Source of the DNA: Chloroflexota bacterium | GTDB taxonomy: Bacteria; Chloroflexota; Limnocylindria; P2-11E | Direction: 5' to 3' | NCBI GenBank assembly: GCA_027310565.1 | Contig: DAIDAP010000011.1 | Span: 28,616-92,615, forward strand | DNA length: 64,000 bases | Shown: piece after piece, positions 23,142-33,440 of the stretch | Layout of the letters: every line of letters begins with the position of its first letter | Position numbering within the stretch: the stretch's first letter is position 1 | Notes under the pieces: generated by a model | Told to the model about the DNA's origin: nothing | Databases searched by the model: none | The model's input: only the letters and a program-made list of their open reading frames with translations | Translations under genes and position numbers: made by a program

Positions 23142-23984
23142 ATGAGCGCCGGCGACGTCAGCGCACTGCTCCTCGCACTCCGTGAGGGCACGGAAGCGGC
23201 CCTCATCGTGGCGATCGTCTACGCGTACCTCGGGCAGATCGGGGCGCGCGCCGCGCGCCGGCTGGTCTGGCTCGGCCTCGGCATCGCCGTGGCCGTGGCG
23301 CTGGGCTTCCTCGGGATCCTCGTCGCGCTCGACAGGGAGTTCAGCGGCACGACCGAGGATCTGTTCGAGGGCTCCACCATGCTCCTCGCGACCACGGTCC
23401 TGACCTGGATGGTGCTCTGGATGGCCCGCAACGCCCGCTCGCTGAAGGCCGAGCTGCAGCGCGGGGTCGGCGCCGCCCTCGAGCGGGGCGCCGCCGCGTG
23501 GGGGATCTTCCTGCTCGTCTTCTTCGCCGTCGTGCGTGAGGGCGTCGAGCTCGCGCTTCTGCTCTTCGCCGCGCCCGGCACGGGGAAGGTGGTGGGCGGC
23601 GTGCTCGGGCTCGCCGGCGCGGCCGGGATCGGCGTGCTGGTCTACGCCTACGGCCGCCGGGTGGACCTGCGCACCTTCTTCCGGGTCACGACCATCTTCC
23701 TCATCCTCTTCGCCGCCGGCCTCCTGTCGCAGGGCGTCGCCGCCTTCGCGGAGGGAGGCCTCCTCGAGGCGATCGAGGGGCCGGTGCTCTGGAGCACCGC
23801 GGCGTGGCTGCCGGAGGGCGACGGCCTCGGCGCGATCCTGAACGCGCTGTTCGGGTACGCGGAGGAGCCGCGCCTCATCCAGCTCGTCGCGTACCTCGCC
23901 TACTTCGCGATCGTCTGGGCGCTGTTCCGCACCCGCCTGGCGCGCGCACCGATCGTCGCTCCGACGACGGCCGCCACCGCCTGA
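23142..23984 (+). CDS. FTR1/EfeU family iron permease
   Basis: Two RExxE motifs (LREGTEA, VREGVEL); multi-TM. Confidence 0.93.
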   Translation: MSAGDVSALLLALREGTEAALIVAIVYAYLGQIGARAARRLVWLGLGIAVAVALGFLGILVALDREFSGTTEDLFEGSTMLLATTVLTWMVLWMARNARSLKAELQRGVGAALERGAAAWGIFLLVFFAVVREGVELALLLFAAPGTGKVVGGVLGLAGAAGIGVLVYAYGRRVDLRTFFRVTTIFLILFAAGLLSQGVAAFAEGGLLEAIEGPVLWSTAAWLPEGDGLGAILNALFGYAEEPRLIQLVAYLAYFAIVWALFRTRLARAPIVAPTTAATA

Positions 23985-23996
23985 CCGCCACGACGT

Positions 23997-24031
23997 CGAG
24001 CGGGGCCGCGCGCAACACGCGGTCCCGCTCG
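23997..24031 (+). terminator. Hairpin after FTR1 gene, possible terminator
   Basis: CGAGCGGGGCCGCG-7 nt-CGCGGTCCCGCTCG; weak U-tract. Confidence 0.5.
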
Positions 24032-24052
24032 CCGTTCTAGGCTGTGCCACAC

Positions 24053-25072
24053 ATGTTCGCAAAGCAGATCGGCATCGACCTCGGCACCGCCAACATCATC
24101 GTCTACGTGAAGGGGAAGGGCATCGTCCTCACCGAGCCCTCCGTGGTCGCGCTTGCGCACGACAACGGCGCCAACCGTCCGCGCATCGTCGCGGTGGGTG
24201 AGGAGGCGCGCCTGATGCTCGGGCGCACGCCCGGCAACATCACCGCGCAGAAGCCGATGCGCGACGGCGTCATCGCCGACTACGTCATCACCGAGTACAT
24301 GCTGAAGTACTTCATCGACAAGGTCTGCGGCCGCGTCCGCATCTTCCACCCCGAGCTCATGATCTCGGTCCCCTCCGGCGTGACGAGCGTCGAGCGGCGC
24401 GCGGTGAAGGACGCCGCCGTCCGCGCCGGCGCGCGCGACGCGCACCTCATCGAGGAGCCGCTCGCCGCCGCGATCGGCGCGAACATCCCGATCTCCGGGC
24501 CGAGCGGCAACCTCGTCATCGGGATCGGCGGCGGCACCGCGGAGATCGCGGTCATCTCCCTCGGCGGCATCGTCGTGTCGCGGAGCGTGCGCGCCGCCGG
24601 GAACAAGCTCGATGAGGCGATCGCGAACTTCGTCCGCAAGCGCTACAACCTCATGATCGGCGAGCGCACCGCCGAGGACGTGAAGATCCAGATCGGCTCC
24701 GCGATGCCGATGGACCCCGAGCTCACCATGGAGGTCCGCGGCCGCGACCTCATCGCCGGGCTGCCGCGCACCATCACCATCGGCAGCAACGAGATCACCG
24801 AGGCGATGGATCCGGTGCTCCAGCAGATCATCACCGCGGTGAAGGCGGTCCTCGAGGAGACGCCCCCGGAGCTCGCCTCGGACGTGATCGACAAGGGCAT
24901 GGTGCTGTGCGGCGGCGGCGCGCTGCTGCGGAACATGGACAAGCTCATGACGCAGGTCACCGGGGTGCCCTGCTACGTCGCGGAGAACCCCCTCTACTGC
25001 GTGGCGAAGGGCACCGGCCTCGCGCTCGAGCACCTGGACTTCTTCCGGCGCAGCCTGGTCGCCGTCCACTAG
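24053..25072 (+). CDS. mreB: Rod shape-determining actin MreB/Mbl
   Basis: [36 protein letters not shown]. Confidence 0.96.
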   Translation: MFAKQIGIDLGTANIIVYVKGKGIVLTEPSVVALAHDNGANRPRIVAVGEEARLMLGRTPGNITAQKPMRDGVIADYVITEYMLKYFIDKVCGRVRIFHPELMISVPSGVTSVERRAVKDAAVRAGARDAHLIEEPLAAAIGANIPISGPSGNLVIGIGGGTAEIAVISLGGIVVSRSVRAAGNKLDEAIANFVRKRYNLMIGERTAEDVKIQIGSAMPMDPELTMEVRGRDLIAGLPRTITIGSNEITEAMDPVLQQIITAVKAVLEETPPELASDVIDKGMVLCGGGALLRNMDKLMTQVTGVPCYVAENPLYCVAKGTGLALEHLDFFRRSLVAVH

Positions 25073-25082
25073 CGTTACGCCC

Positions 25083-25808
25083 GTGCCGGAGCGGGTGGAG
25101 GTCCTCGAGACCGCGTTCGACGGGCTCGATCTCGACGAGGCGACCGCGCGCATTTTGGAGCGCCTCGACCGGGGCGAGCGCACCTTCGTCGTCACCGCGA
25201 ACCCCGAGTTCGTCATGCTCGCGCGCCGCGACCCGTCAGTCGCGCGGATCGCGCGCGAGGCGGATCTCGTCGTCCCCGACGGGACGGGCATCGCGGTCGC
25301 CTCCGCGATCCTCGGTCGCGCGCTCCCGCGCGTGCCGGGACGGCTCCTCGTCGACGCGCTCGTCCCGCGTCTGGCGGAGCGCGGCGCGAGCCTCTTCCTC
25401 CTCGGCGCCGCGCCGGGCGTCGCCGAGCGCGCCGCCGACGCGCTGCGCGCGCGCGCCCCGAGCCTCGTCGTCGCCGGCTGCGCGGCGGGCGACCCCGAGG
25501 ACCCCGCCACCGCGCGACGCGTCGCCGCGGCCGCGCCGGACGCGCTCCTCGTCGCGTACGGGATGCCGAAGCAGGAGGAGTGGATCGCGCGGCATCGCGG
25601 CGCGCTGCCGAGCGTGAAGCTCGCGATCGGCGTCGGCGGCGTCCTCGACCAGCTCGCGGGCGTCCAGCGCGTGCCGCCGGCGATCCTGCACCGCCTGGGT
25701 CTGGAGTGGCTCTGGCGTCTGGTGCGCGAGCCGTGGCGCTGGCGGCGGCAGCGCGTGCTGCCGCTCTTCGCCGCGCTGGTCCTGCGCGAGCGGCTGCTCG
25801 GCCGATGA
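25083..25808 (+). CDS. WecB/TagA/CpsF family glycosyltransferase (GT26)
   Basis: VTANPE, PDG.G, GMPKQE, GVGG, GLEWLWRL..EPWR. Confidence 0.93.
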   Translation: MPERVEVLETAFDGLDLDEATARILERLDRGERTFVVTANPEFVMLARRDPSVARIAREADLVVPDGTGIAVASAILGRALPRVPGRLLVDALVPRLAERGASLFLLGAAPGVAERAADALRARAPSLVVAGCAAGDPEDPATARRVAAAAPDALLVAYGMPKQEEWIARHRGALPSVKLAIGVGGVLDQLAGVQRVPPAILHRLGLEWLWRLVREPWRWRRQRVLPLFAALVLRERLLGR

Positions 25809-26899
25809 AGCTCGCGCTCGCGCACGAGTACTTCTCCGTGCGCGGCGGCGCTGAGGCCGTCGTCGAGGTGCTCCACCAGATGTGGCCCGAGGCGCCGGTG
25901 TACACGTTCTTCCACGACCGCCGCCGATACGGACCGCTCGACGGCTGGCGGATCGTCACCAGCTCGCTCCAGTCGTTCCCCATCGGCGGCGGGCTGCACC
26001 GCCTGCTCCTGCCGCTGTACCCGCGCGCGGCGCGCGCGCTGCGCGTGCCCGACGACGTCGACGTCATCGTCGTCTCCACGAGCGCGTTCATCAAGGGCCT
26101 GACCCTCGCCGAGCGCACCGTCGAGATCGCGTACTGCTACTCGCCGACGCGCTACCTGTGGGACGCGAGCGAGGCGTACCTGCGCGACGAGGTCCCCGTC
26201 CTCCTGCACCGGCCGGTCCGCGAGCTTCTCGAGCGCCTGCGCGTCACCGACCGCGAGTTCGCGGCGCGCGTCGACCGCTGGATCGCGATCTCGCACGCGG
26301 TCGCGGCGCGCATCCGCCGCTACTACGCTCGCGAGAGCGAGGTCGTGTATCCACCGGTCGACGTGGACGCGTACCAGGCGCGGGCGGAGCGCGGCGACCA
26401 CTGGCTGTTCATCGGGCGGCTGTCGGCGTACAAGCGCGCCGACGTCGCCGTGCGTGCTTTCGGGCGCCTGAACCGGCGGCTCATCGTCGTCGGCGAGGGC
26501 CGCGAGCGGGGGGCGCTCGAGCGCATCGCCGGCGACAACGTCGCGTTCACCGGCCGCGTGGACGAGGCGACGAAGCGCGACCTCCTCGCGAGCGCCCGCG
26601 GTCTGGTGTTCCCGGGCGAGGACGACTTCGGGATCGTGATGGTCGAGGCGCTCGCCTCCGGCGCGCCGGTGGTCGCGCTCGACGCGGGAGGTGCGCCGGA
26701 GGTCGTGCGCGACGGCGAGGACGGCGCCCTGGTGCGCGACGCGGACCCGGAGGCGTTCGCCGACGCGATCGCCGCCGCGGAGCGGCGCGCCTGGGACCCC
26801 GCCGCGCTGAGACGCTCGGCCGCGCGGTTCGACGTCGCGCGGTTCCGCGAGAGTCTGAAGGTGGCCGTATCGACCGCTCGCCGTCACACGCCGTCATGA
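25805..26899 (+). CDS. GT4 family glycosyltransferase
   Basis: ATG 25805; GGAE, GRL..YKR, EDDFGIVMVEALASG. Confidence 0.93.
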   Translation: MKLALAHEYFSVRGGAEAVVEVLHQMWPEAPVYTFFHDRRRYGPLDGWRIVTSSLQSFPIGGGLHRLLLPLYPRAARALRVPDDVDVIVVSTSAFIKGLTLAERTVEIAYCYSPTRYLWDASEAYLRDEVPVLLHRPVRELLERLRVTDREFAARVDRWIAISHAVAARIRRYYARESEVVYPPVDVDAYQARAERGDHWLFIGRLSAYKRADVAVRAFGRLNRRLIVVGEGRERGALERIAGDNVAFTGRVDEATKRDLLASARGLVFPGEDDFGIVMVEALASGAPVVALDAGGAPEVVRDGEDGALVRDADPEAFADAIAAAERRAWDPAALRRSAARFDVARFRESLKVAVSTARRHTPS

Positions 26900-28194
26900 G
26901 GCTGGCGCTCTGGGTCGCCGCGAGTCTGCTCATTGCGGTCGGAGTCGTCCTGCTGGCGCCGGTCGATCTTCGCGACCGTGATTTCGCTGGATTCTGGCTC
27001 GGCTCGCGGATGGTGCTCGAGGGTCGAGACCCGTACGACCCCGCAGCATGGCTCCCGGCGCTGCGTGACATCGCACCGCGGTTCGCCCAGGACGTCCCGG
27101 ATGGTGCGGCATACGGGTATCCGCTCTGGACCGCCGTGCTCACGATCCCGTTCGCGCTCGGACCGTTCGAGCTCTCGTCGCGTCTCTGGCTCGGTGCGCA
27201 GATCGGCCTCGGTCTGGGCACGCTGGTGGCGCTCCTACACGCCCTGGGCGCGCGGCGTCCCGGGGAGTCCATGTTGCTCGTGCTCGCGCTCGTCCTCTCG
27301 GAGCCATGGCGCGCGCTCGTCGAGATCGGCAACGTCGGCGGATTCCTGCTGGCCATCGTCAGCGCGACGCTCCTGCTCCTCGAGCGCGGACGGCCGCGCG
27401 CGGCCGGCGTGGTTCTCGGGACCGCGCTGCTCAAGCCGCACCTCTTCGTGCTGTTCGTACCGGTGCTGCTGCTGAGCCATCGCCGTGAGCTGCCTCGGCT
27501 CATGTCGGGGTTGGCCGCCACCGCTGGGGTTCTCGTGCTCGCGTCCTTCGTCGTGCTGCCCGGGTGGCCCAGCGGATGGCTGTCGACGCTCGCCCGCACC
27601 TCCGCCGGGGTCGGGGCCCGTGCGACGACCTGGGGCCTCGGAGGAGTCGGCCTCGCGCTCGTCGCCGCTGCGCTGGTGTCGCTCGTCGTCTGGTGGCGTG
27701 CCTCCTCGCCCGCACCGATGATGCTCGTCGCCGCGGCGCTGCCGCTCTCGCTCTTCGTCGCGCCGTACGCAGGCAACTACGACCAGATCGTCCTGTTCGC
27801 GCCTGTCGCGATCTGCCTGTCCGCCCTCTCGCCTGCGGGCCCCTGGCGGCGCGCGCTGGGCTGGTGGCTCCTCCTCACCATCATGGTGCCGTTCGTCTGG
27901 CTGCTCGAGCTCCTCATCCCGAGGGGCGGCGGCGAGGCGCCCGGCTCGCTCGCACCGCTCGCGCTGTTCTTCACGGTGATCGTCGTCGACCACCTGGCGC
28001 GGTCACGCCGGCTGCCGGGCGTGATCGTCGCGCTCGCGGCGATCCTCATGTGGGGCTCGCTGACCGTCTGGCTCGCGCTCGCGGGGATCCCGCCGCGGTC
28101 CGGCATCGCGGGTGCGGCGTGGCTCGGCGCCGTGGTGCTCGTGTTGGGCGCGGTCGTCGCTCTCGCGCGCCGCCGCGGGACGCGAGCGTCGTGA
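26896..28194 (+). CDS. GT87/DUF2029-like membrane glycosyltransferase
   Basis: DFAGFW...G.DPYD, YPL, GNVGGFLLA, LKPH, PY...YD; multi-TM. Confidence 0.82.
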   Translation: MRLALWVAASLLIAVGVVLLAPVDLRDRDFAGFWLGSRMVLEGRDPYDPAAWLPALRDIAPRFAQDVPDGAAYGYPLWTAVLTIPFALGPFELSSRLWLGAQIGLGLGTLVALLHALGARRPGESMLLVLALVLSEPWRALVEIGNVGGFLLAIVSATLLLLERGRPRAAGVVLGTALLKPHLFVLFVPVLLLSHRRELPRLMSGLAATAGVLVLASFVVLPGWPSGWLSTLARTSAGVGARATTWGLGGVGLALVAAALVSLVVWWRASSPAPMMLVAAALPLSLFVAPYAGNYDQIVLFAPVAICLSALSPAGPWRRALGWWLLLTIMVPFVWLLELLIPRGGGEAPGSLAPLALFFTVIVVDHLARSRRLPGVIVALAAILMWGSLTVWLALAGIPPRSGIAGAAWLGAVVLVLGAVVALARRRGTRAS

Positions 28195-28240
28195 GTGCCC
28201 GTGTGCCCGCTATAGTGCCGAGCGTCATCAGGCCAGCCCG

Positions 28241-29368
28241 GTGAATCGAACGCCCGGGACGCCGCTCGCCGTCGGCGGCGTCGCCGCGCTCGTCCTCCTC
28301 CTCGGCGCGGCCCCGCGGATCGCGCTCGCCGCCGGCGCGCTGCCCGACCCGCTGCGCGCGTTCACCTGGAGCGACGCGCTGTTCACCTACCTGCGCGGCC
28401 TCTCCGGCCAGCGGCTCCCGTACCGCGACACGCCGTTCGAGTACCCGCCGCTCATCGGGGCGGTCTCGGCTCTGTTCTCGTCCCTCACCGACGACCCGGT
28501 CGTCTACGTCACGCTCTGGGCGCTCGTCCTCGCCGCCGCGGCGGCCGTCTGCGGGATGCTGCTCGCGCGCGCGGCCGGAGCGCGCCGTGCGCTGCTCTGC
28601 TGGGCGCTCGCGCCGCAGCTCCTCCTCCTCGGCTCGCTGAACTTCGACGTCCTTCCGGCGACGCTCGTCGCGGCCGCGGCGGTCGCGCAGCGCCAGGGAC
28701 GAGAGGTCTCGAGCGCCGTCGCGCTCGCGGCCGGCACCGCCGCGAAGCTCTTCCCCGCGGCGAGCGTGCCGATCGCGTTCCTGCGCGCGCGTGATCCGCG
28801 CCGGTTCGTGCTCGTCACCGCCGCCGTGCTCGCGCTCGCCTACGTGCCGACCGCGCTGCAGCCGTATTCGAGCGCCGGCGGCGTCGCGTTCTACCTCGCG
28901 GGGATCGACGCGAACGTCGACTCGGTGTGGGGCATCCTCGAGCGACTCCTCGCGGCGTTCGGGATGCCGTCGCCGAAGGTGTTCGTGGTCGTTCTGACGC
29001 TCGCCGGACTCGGCGCCACCTACGTCGTGCTCGTGCTCCCGCGCGCGGCACGCGCCGCGGATCCGGCGGCCGCGTTCGGGCTCGCGACGGTCGCGCTGCT
29101 CTTCTGGTCGCGGCTGTACTCGCCGCAGTACTCGCTGTGGCTGCTGCCGTTCTTCGCGCTCCTCGCGATCGACGCGCGGCGCTACGCGCTGCTCGCGGCG
29201 GCCGACGTCGGGGTGTTCCTGACGATCTACCCGCTGACGCTCGTGCGGCGCACGGCCGACGACGCGGTGGGCGTGCTGCTGCTGGGCGCGCTCGCGTCCT
29301 TCGTCGTGCTGCGGCACGTCGCGCTCATCTCGGTGTGGCGCGCGCTCATGCGTGGTGCCGCGCGGTGA
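28241..29368 (+). CDS. GT87-like membrane glycosyltransferase
   Basis: WSD, PYRDTPFEYPPL, NFDVLP, AKLFP, YSPQYSLWLLP. Confidence 0.82.
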   Translation: MNRTPGTPLAVGGVAALVLLLGAAPRIALAAGALPDPLRAFTWSDALFTYLRGLSGQRLPYRDTPFEYPPLIGAVSALFSSLTDDPVVYVTLWALVLAAAAAVCGMLLARAAGARRALLCWALAPQLLLLGSLNFDVLPATLVAAAAVAQRQGREVSSAVALAAGTAAKLFPAASVPIAFLRARDPRRFVLVTAAVLALAYVPTALQPYSSAGGVAFYLAGIDANVDSVWGILERLLAAFGMPSPKVFVVVLTLAGLGATYVVLVLPRAARAADPAAAFGLATVALLFWSRLYSPQYSLWLLPFFALLAIDARRYALLAAADVGVFLTIYPLTLVRRTADDAVGVLLLGALASFVVLRHVALISVWRALMRGAAR

Positions 29369-30537
29369 GGTCGCGGCGCGTCGTCGTCGCCGGCTGGCTC
29401 GTCGCGTGCGCGGTCGCGGTCGGCGCGCTCGCGCTCCTCGGCTGGCCCGCCCGGGCCTACCGCGACTTCGACTTCTTCCCCTTCTGGGCCGCGGGCCGGC
29501 TCATCCTCGATGGCGCCGACCCCTATGACGCCGACACCTTCCGCGCGGCCTTCATCAGCGGTGGCAGCCTCGGGCACGCGTTCGGCGGCCCGTTCGCGTA
29601 CCCGCTGCCCGCCGCGATCCTCTCGATCCCGTACGCGCTGCTGCCGTTCGCCCTCGCCGCGCCGCTGTGGCTCGTGAGCCAGGTCGCGCTCTCCGCCGCC
29701 GGGCTCTGGGCGCTCGCCCGCCGCCTCTTCGGCCCGGAGCTGCGTCGTGACGCGCCGCTCCTCTTCACCCTCACCGCGGCGATGCCGGCGACGCTCCAGA
29801 CCTACGCGATCGGCAACGTCGGTGGATTCCTGCTCGCGGTCGTCGCCGGCGCGCTCGTGCTCGTGCTCGACGGACGGCCGACGCGTGCGGGCGCCGTGCT
29901 CGGGCTCGGCGTGGTCAAGCCGCACGTCTTCCTCCTTTCGGTGCCCGTGCTGCTCGCGCGCTCGCGCCATCGCGTGCGCATCGCCCTCGGGGGCGCCGCG
30001 ACCGCCGTCGGCCTCCTCCTCGCGTCGTTCGCCGTTCGACCCGGTTGGCTCGGCGGATGGCTCGCCGCGCTCGGCGCGATCCAGTCGAAGTCCGTCGCGC
30101 AGGCGAACGTGTGGGGGCCGTTCCCGGAGGACGCGCGGTGGATCGGGTGGCTCCTCCTCGTCGTCCTCGCCGCGATCGTCGCTCTGTGGTGGTGGCGCGC
30201 GTCTCCGAGCCTCGCGCAGCTCTACGCCGCCGCCGCCGCGCTGTCCCTGCTCGCCGCGCCATACCTCTGGACCCACTACTTCACGCTGCTCGGCGTTCCG
30301 ATCGCCGTCGTGCTCGCGGCCGCGCCGCGGCGCGGCATCGGCCGTACCGCGGTGCTCGTCGCGCTCGCGCTCGCGACGGTGCTCGTCCCCTGGCTGCTGT
30401 ACGTCCAGACCTACCGGACGGGCGAGGAGCCGTACGGAGGGATCGTCCCCCTCGCGCTGCTCCTGCTCATCGTCACGCTCACGCGCACGCGTGCGGTCGC
30501 CCCCGGGGTCGGGCCCGCGACGGCGCCCGCGCGTTGA
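29365..30537 (+). CDS. GT87/DUF2029-like membrane glycosyltransferase
   Basis: DFFPFW.AGR...G.DPYD, YPL, GNVGGFLLA, VKPH. Confidence 0.82.
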   Translation: MRSRRVVVAGWLVACAVAVGALALLGWPARAYRDFDFFPFWAAGRLILDGADPYDADTFRAAFISGGSLGHAFGGPFAYPLPAAILSIPYALLPFALAAPLWLVSQVALSAAGLWALARRLFGPELRRDAPLLFTLTAAMPATLQTYAIGNVGGFLLAVVAGALVLVLDGRPTRAGAVLGLGVVKPHVFLLSVPVLLARSRHRVRIALGGAATAVGLLLASFAVRPGWLGGWLAALGAIQSKSVAQANVWGPFPEDARWIGWLLLVVLAAIVALWWWRASPSLAQLYAAAAALSLLAAPYLWTHYFTLLGVPIAVVLAAAPRRGIGRTAVLVALALATVLVPWLLYVQTYRTGEEPYGGIVPLALLLLIVTLTRTRAVAPGVGPATAPAR

Positions 30538-30562
30538 GCGGCGCCCGTCGTATCGTCGGCTC

Positions 30563-31246
30563 GTGTCGGCCCGCCGCCTCAAGCTCGACATGCACACCCA
30601 CAGCGAGTACTCGCCCGACAGCCGCACGCCGCTCGTCGAGCAGGCGAAGGCGATCCGCGCCGCCGGCCTCGACGTCGTGTGCGCGACCGACCACAACACC
30701 ATCGAGGGCGCCCTGCGGCTGCGCGAGATGGCCGACGGCTTCCGCGTGGTCGTGGGGGAGGAGATCTCGAGCCGCGACGGGGAGATCATCGGGCTGTTCC
30801 TCGAGCGGCCGGTCCCGCGCGACCTCTCCGGCGAGGAGACGATCGCGCGGATCCGCGAGCAGGGCGGGTTGATCTCCGTCCCACACCCCTTCAGCCGCAA
30901 CCGCGTGTACCACTTCCGGCGTGACGCGCTCGACCGGCTCTGGCCGCAGGTGGACTGCATCGAGGTGTTCAACGCGCGCGAGGCGTTCTCGGGGGACAAC
31001 CGGCGCGCCGCCGCGTACGCGAAGGAGCGCGACCTCCCCGGCGCGGTCGGCAGCGACGCGCACCGCGCCTCGGAGATCGGCCGCGCCTGGATCGAGCTCG
31101 ACGAGTTCGCGGGGCGCGACGACCTCGTGAGCGCGCTGCGCACCGGCGTGGTGCACGGCGGGCTCAGCGGGGCGGGGATCCATCTGGCGACGCGGTACGA
31201 CGTGCTGCGCAAGTGGCTCGCGAGACGGACGAAGAGCGGCGCCTGA
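30563..31246 (+). CDS. PHP domain phosphoesterase
   Basis: DMHTHS..SPD, TDHN, GEE, PHPF, IEVFN, GSDAH. Confidence 0.92.
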   Translation: MSARRLKLDMHTHSEYSPDSRTPLVEQAKAIRAAGLDVVCATDHNTIEGALRLREMADGFRVVVGEEISSRDGEIIGLFLERPVPRDLSGEETIARIREQGGLISVPHPFSRNRVYHFRRDALDRLWPQVDCIEVFNAREAFSGDNRRAAAYAKERDLPGAVGSDAHRASEIGRAWIELDEFAGRDDLVSALRTGVVHGGLSGAGIHLATRYDVLRKWLARRTKSGA

Positions 31247-32274
31247 GCGCGTCCTCGGCCCACGTCGAGGACGCGACGATCGAGGAGCTCGCGGATGCCG
31301 CCGAGCGCACCGACGAGCGCGCCGTCCGCCGGACGCTGTTCGGCTGGCGCGAGCTCGTCTCGACGCTCATCCCGATCGCGCTCGTCGCGCTCGCCGCCCG
31401 CAACGTCGACTGGGCCGGCACCTGGGCGACGCTCCAGCGGACCGGCGTCCCGCTGGTCGTCGCGGCGCTCGCGGTGTACTACGTCACCTTCCCGCTCCGC
31501 TCGGCCCGCTGGGCGCGGCTCCTTCGCGAGGGCGGCGCCGACCTCGGGTGGCGCGACCTGCTGCGCATCCTCTTCCTCGGCTGGTTCGTCAACTCGGTGG
31601 TGCCCGCCAAGCTCGGCGACCTGTACCGCTCGTACCTGGTGAAGCGCCGCTTCGGCATCTCGCTGTCGCGGACCGTCGGGGTCGTCGTCGCGGAGCGCCT
31701 GCTCGACCTGTTCGTCGTCTTCGGCCTGCTCGTCGTGGGCGGCTACGTGGCCTTCGGCCGCACGATCCTGCCCGACCTGCGCATCGTGTACGTCACCGGC
31801 GCGGCGCTCGGCGCGCTCATGGCCGGCGGGCTCGCCGGGGTCTACTTCGTCGCGCCGCGCGTCGCGCGGTTCTTCCCGGAGGAGGTCCGCCGCATCGGCC
31901 GTCTCTTCCGCGAGGGCATGCTCCACAGCTTCCGCGCGCTGCCCGTCGCGGGCCCGCTCACGCTCCTCGTCTGGGCGGCCGAGGCCGCGCGGCTCGCGCT
32001 CGTCCTCGCGTCGCTCGGCCTCGAGCTCCCGCTCTCCGGCATCGTCTTCGTCGCCGTCGCCAGCTCGCTCCTCACGACGGTGCCGCTGACGCCGGCGGGC
32101 TTCGGCTTCGTGGAGATCGCGATGGTGTACGTCCTCACCGAGGGCTTCGGCTTCGCGCAGCCCGACGCCATCGCGGTCGCCGTGGTCGATCGCGTCGTGA
32201 GCGTGCTGTCGGTCATCGTCATCGGCGCCGTCGTGTACGCCGCCTCGCGCGGCGAGATACGCGGCGAGCGATGA
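31243..32274 (+). CDS. Lysylphosphatidylglycerol-synthase TM domain (flippase-like) protein
   Basis: RSARW, N.VVPAKLGDLYR, ERLLD, TPAGFGFVE, DR motifs. Start CTG 31243 or GTG 31213. Confidence 0.86.
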   Translation: MSASSAHVEDATIEELADAAERTDERAVRRTLFGWRELVSTLIPIALVALAARNVDWAGTWATLQRTGVPLVVAALAVYYVTFPLRSARWARLLREGGADLGWRDLLRILFLGWFVNSVVPAKLGDLYRSYLVKRRFGISLSRTVGVVVAERLLDLFVVFGLLVVGGYVAFGRTILPDLRIVYVTGAALGALMAGGLAGVYFVAPRVARFFPEEVRRIGRLFREGMLHSFRALPVAGPLTLLVWAAEAARLALVLASLGLELPLSGIVFVAVASSLLTTVPLTPAGFGFVEIAMVYVLTEGFGFAQPDAIAVAVVDRVVSVLSVIVIGAVVYAASRGEIRGER

Positions 32275-33440
32275 CGCGCGTCGCGCGCGGCGCGGCGATC
32301 GTGGCGCTCCTCTTGCTCGCGGGCGCCCTCGCCGCGCGCGGCGCCGAGTGGTACCGGACCACCGACTTCTTCTGCATCTATCAGGGCTCGCGCGCGCTCC
32401 TCGTCGGCCGCGATCCGTACGACGACGCCTGGATCCGCAGCCAGACCGGCGGCCTGTACCCCCAGGCCGCGTTCGCCGGCGGTGGCCTCGCGCCCGCGCC
32501 GTGCCGGAGCGCATACGGCTACCCGCTCTGGACCGCCGCGGCGCTCGTCCCCGTCGCCGCGCTGCCGCTCGAGGTGGCGGCCGCGCTGTGGGCGGCGGCC
32601 GGCATCGGCGCGACGATCTACGGGGCCTCCTTCGCCTGGCGCGCGTTCCGCGGGCCGGCGCGCCTCGCCTGGCTCTACGCGATCCTCATCGTGGCGTCGC
32701 AGCCGTTCTGGATCCTGCTCATCAGCGGGCAGCTCGACGGAGTCGTCTTCTTCGTCGTCGCGCTGCTCGTGTGGGCGCTGGCGGCGCGGCGGGCCGCCGG
32801 CGCCGGCGCCGCGCTCGCGCTGACGGCGCTCAAGCCTCAGCTCGTCGCGCTCACGCTGCCCGCGGTCGCGCTCCGCGCGCTCGCGCTGCGCGAGCGGCGC
32901 CTCCTCGGCGCCGTCCTCGCGACGGGGGCGGCGATGGTCGTCGTGCCGATGGCCTTCGTGCCCCTCTGGCCGATCGAATGGATCGACGAGCTCACCGGGC
33001 GGCGCGCGCGCGTGAGCGGGCTGCTCCCGACGGCGTGGGGGCTCGCGGCGGACGTCCTCGGGAACGGCTGGCTGGGTGCGGCCCTCGCCCTCGGGCTCCT
33101 CGCCGCCGTCTGGCTGCTCGTGCGCGGTCGCGCGCTCGATCTCACCGAGGTCGCGGTCCTCTCGCTGCCGCTCTCGCTCTTCGTCACGCCGTACGCCTGG
33201 AGCTACGACCACCTCGTCCTCGCGGTGCCGTGGGCGTTCCTGCTCGCGCGCGCTCCGGCGCGGGGCGGGGCGCGTCTCGCGGCGCTCGTCGGGGTCGTCG
33301 CGCTCGCGAGCGCGCTGCCGTGGGCCCTCTACGCCGTCGCGTTTGCGCGAGGCGGCGAGACGCTCTCGGCGGTCGTGCCGGCGCTCACCGCGATCGCCGT
33401 CGCGGTCGCGCTGCGCGCGTCGCGGGCGCCCACCGCATGA
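32271..33440 (+). CDS. GT87/DUF2029-like membrane glycosyltransferase
   Basis: DFFCIY...G.DPYD, YPLW, GQ, LKPQL, PYAWSYD. Confidence 0.82.
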   Translation: MTRVARGAAIVALLLLAGALAARGAEWYRTTDFFCIYQGSRALLVGRDPYDDAWIRSQTGGLYPQAAFAGGGLAPAPCRSAYGYPLWTAAALVPVAALPLEVAAALWAAAGIGATIYGASFAWRAFRGPARLAWLYAILIVASQPFWILLISGQLDGVVFFVVALLVWALAARRAAGAGAALALTALKPQLVALTLPAVALRALALRERRLLGAVLATGAAMVVVPMAFVPLWPIEWIDELTGRRARVSGLLPTAWGLAADVLGNGWLGAALALGLLAAVWLLVRGRALDLTEVAVLSLPLSLFVTPYAWSYDHLVLAVPWAFLLARAPARGGARLAALVGVVALASALPWALYAVAFARGGETLSAVVPALTAIAVAVALRASRAPTA

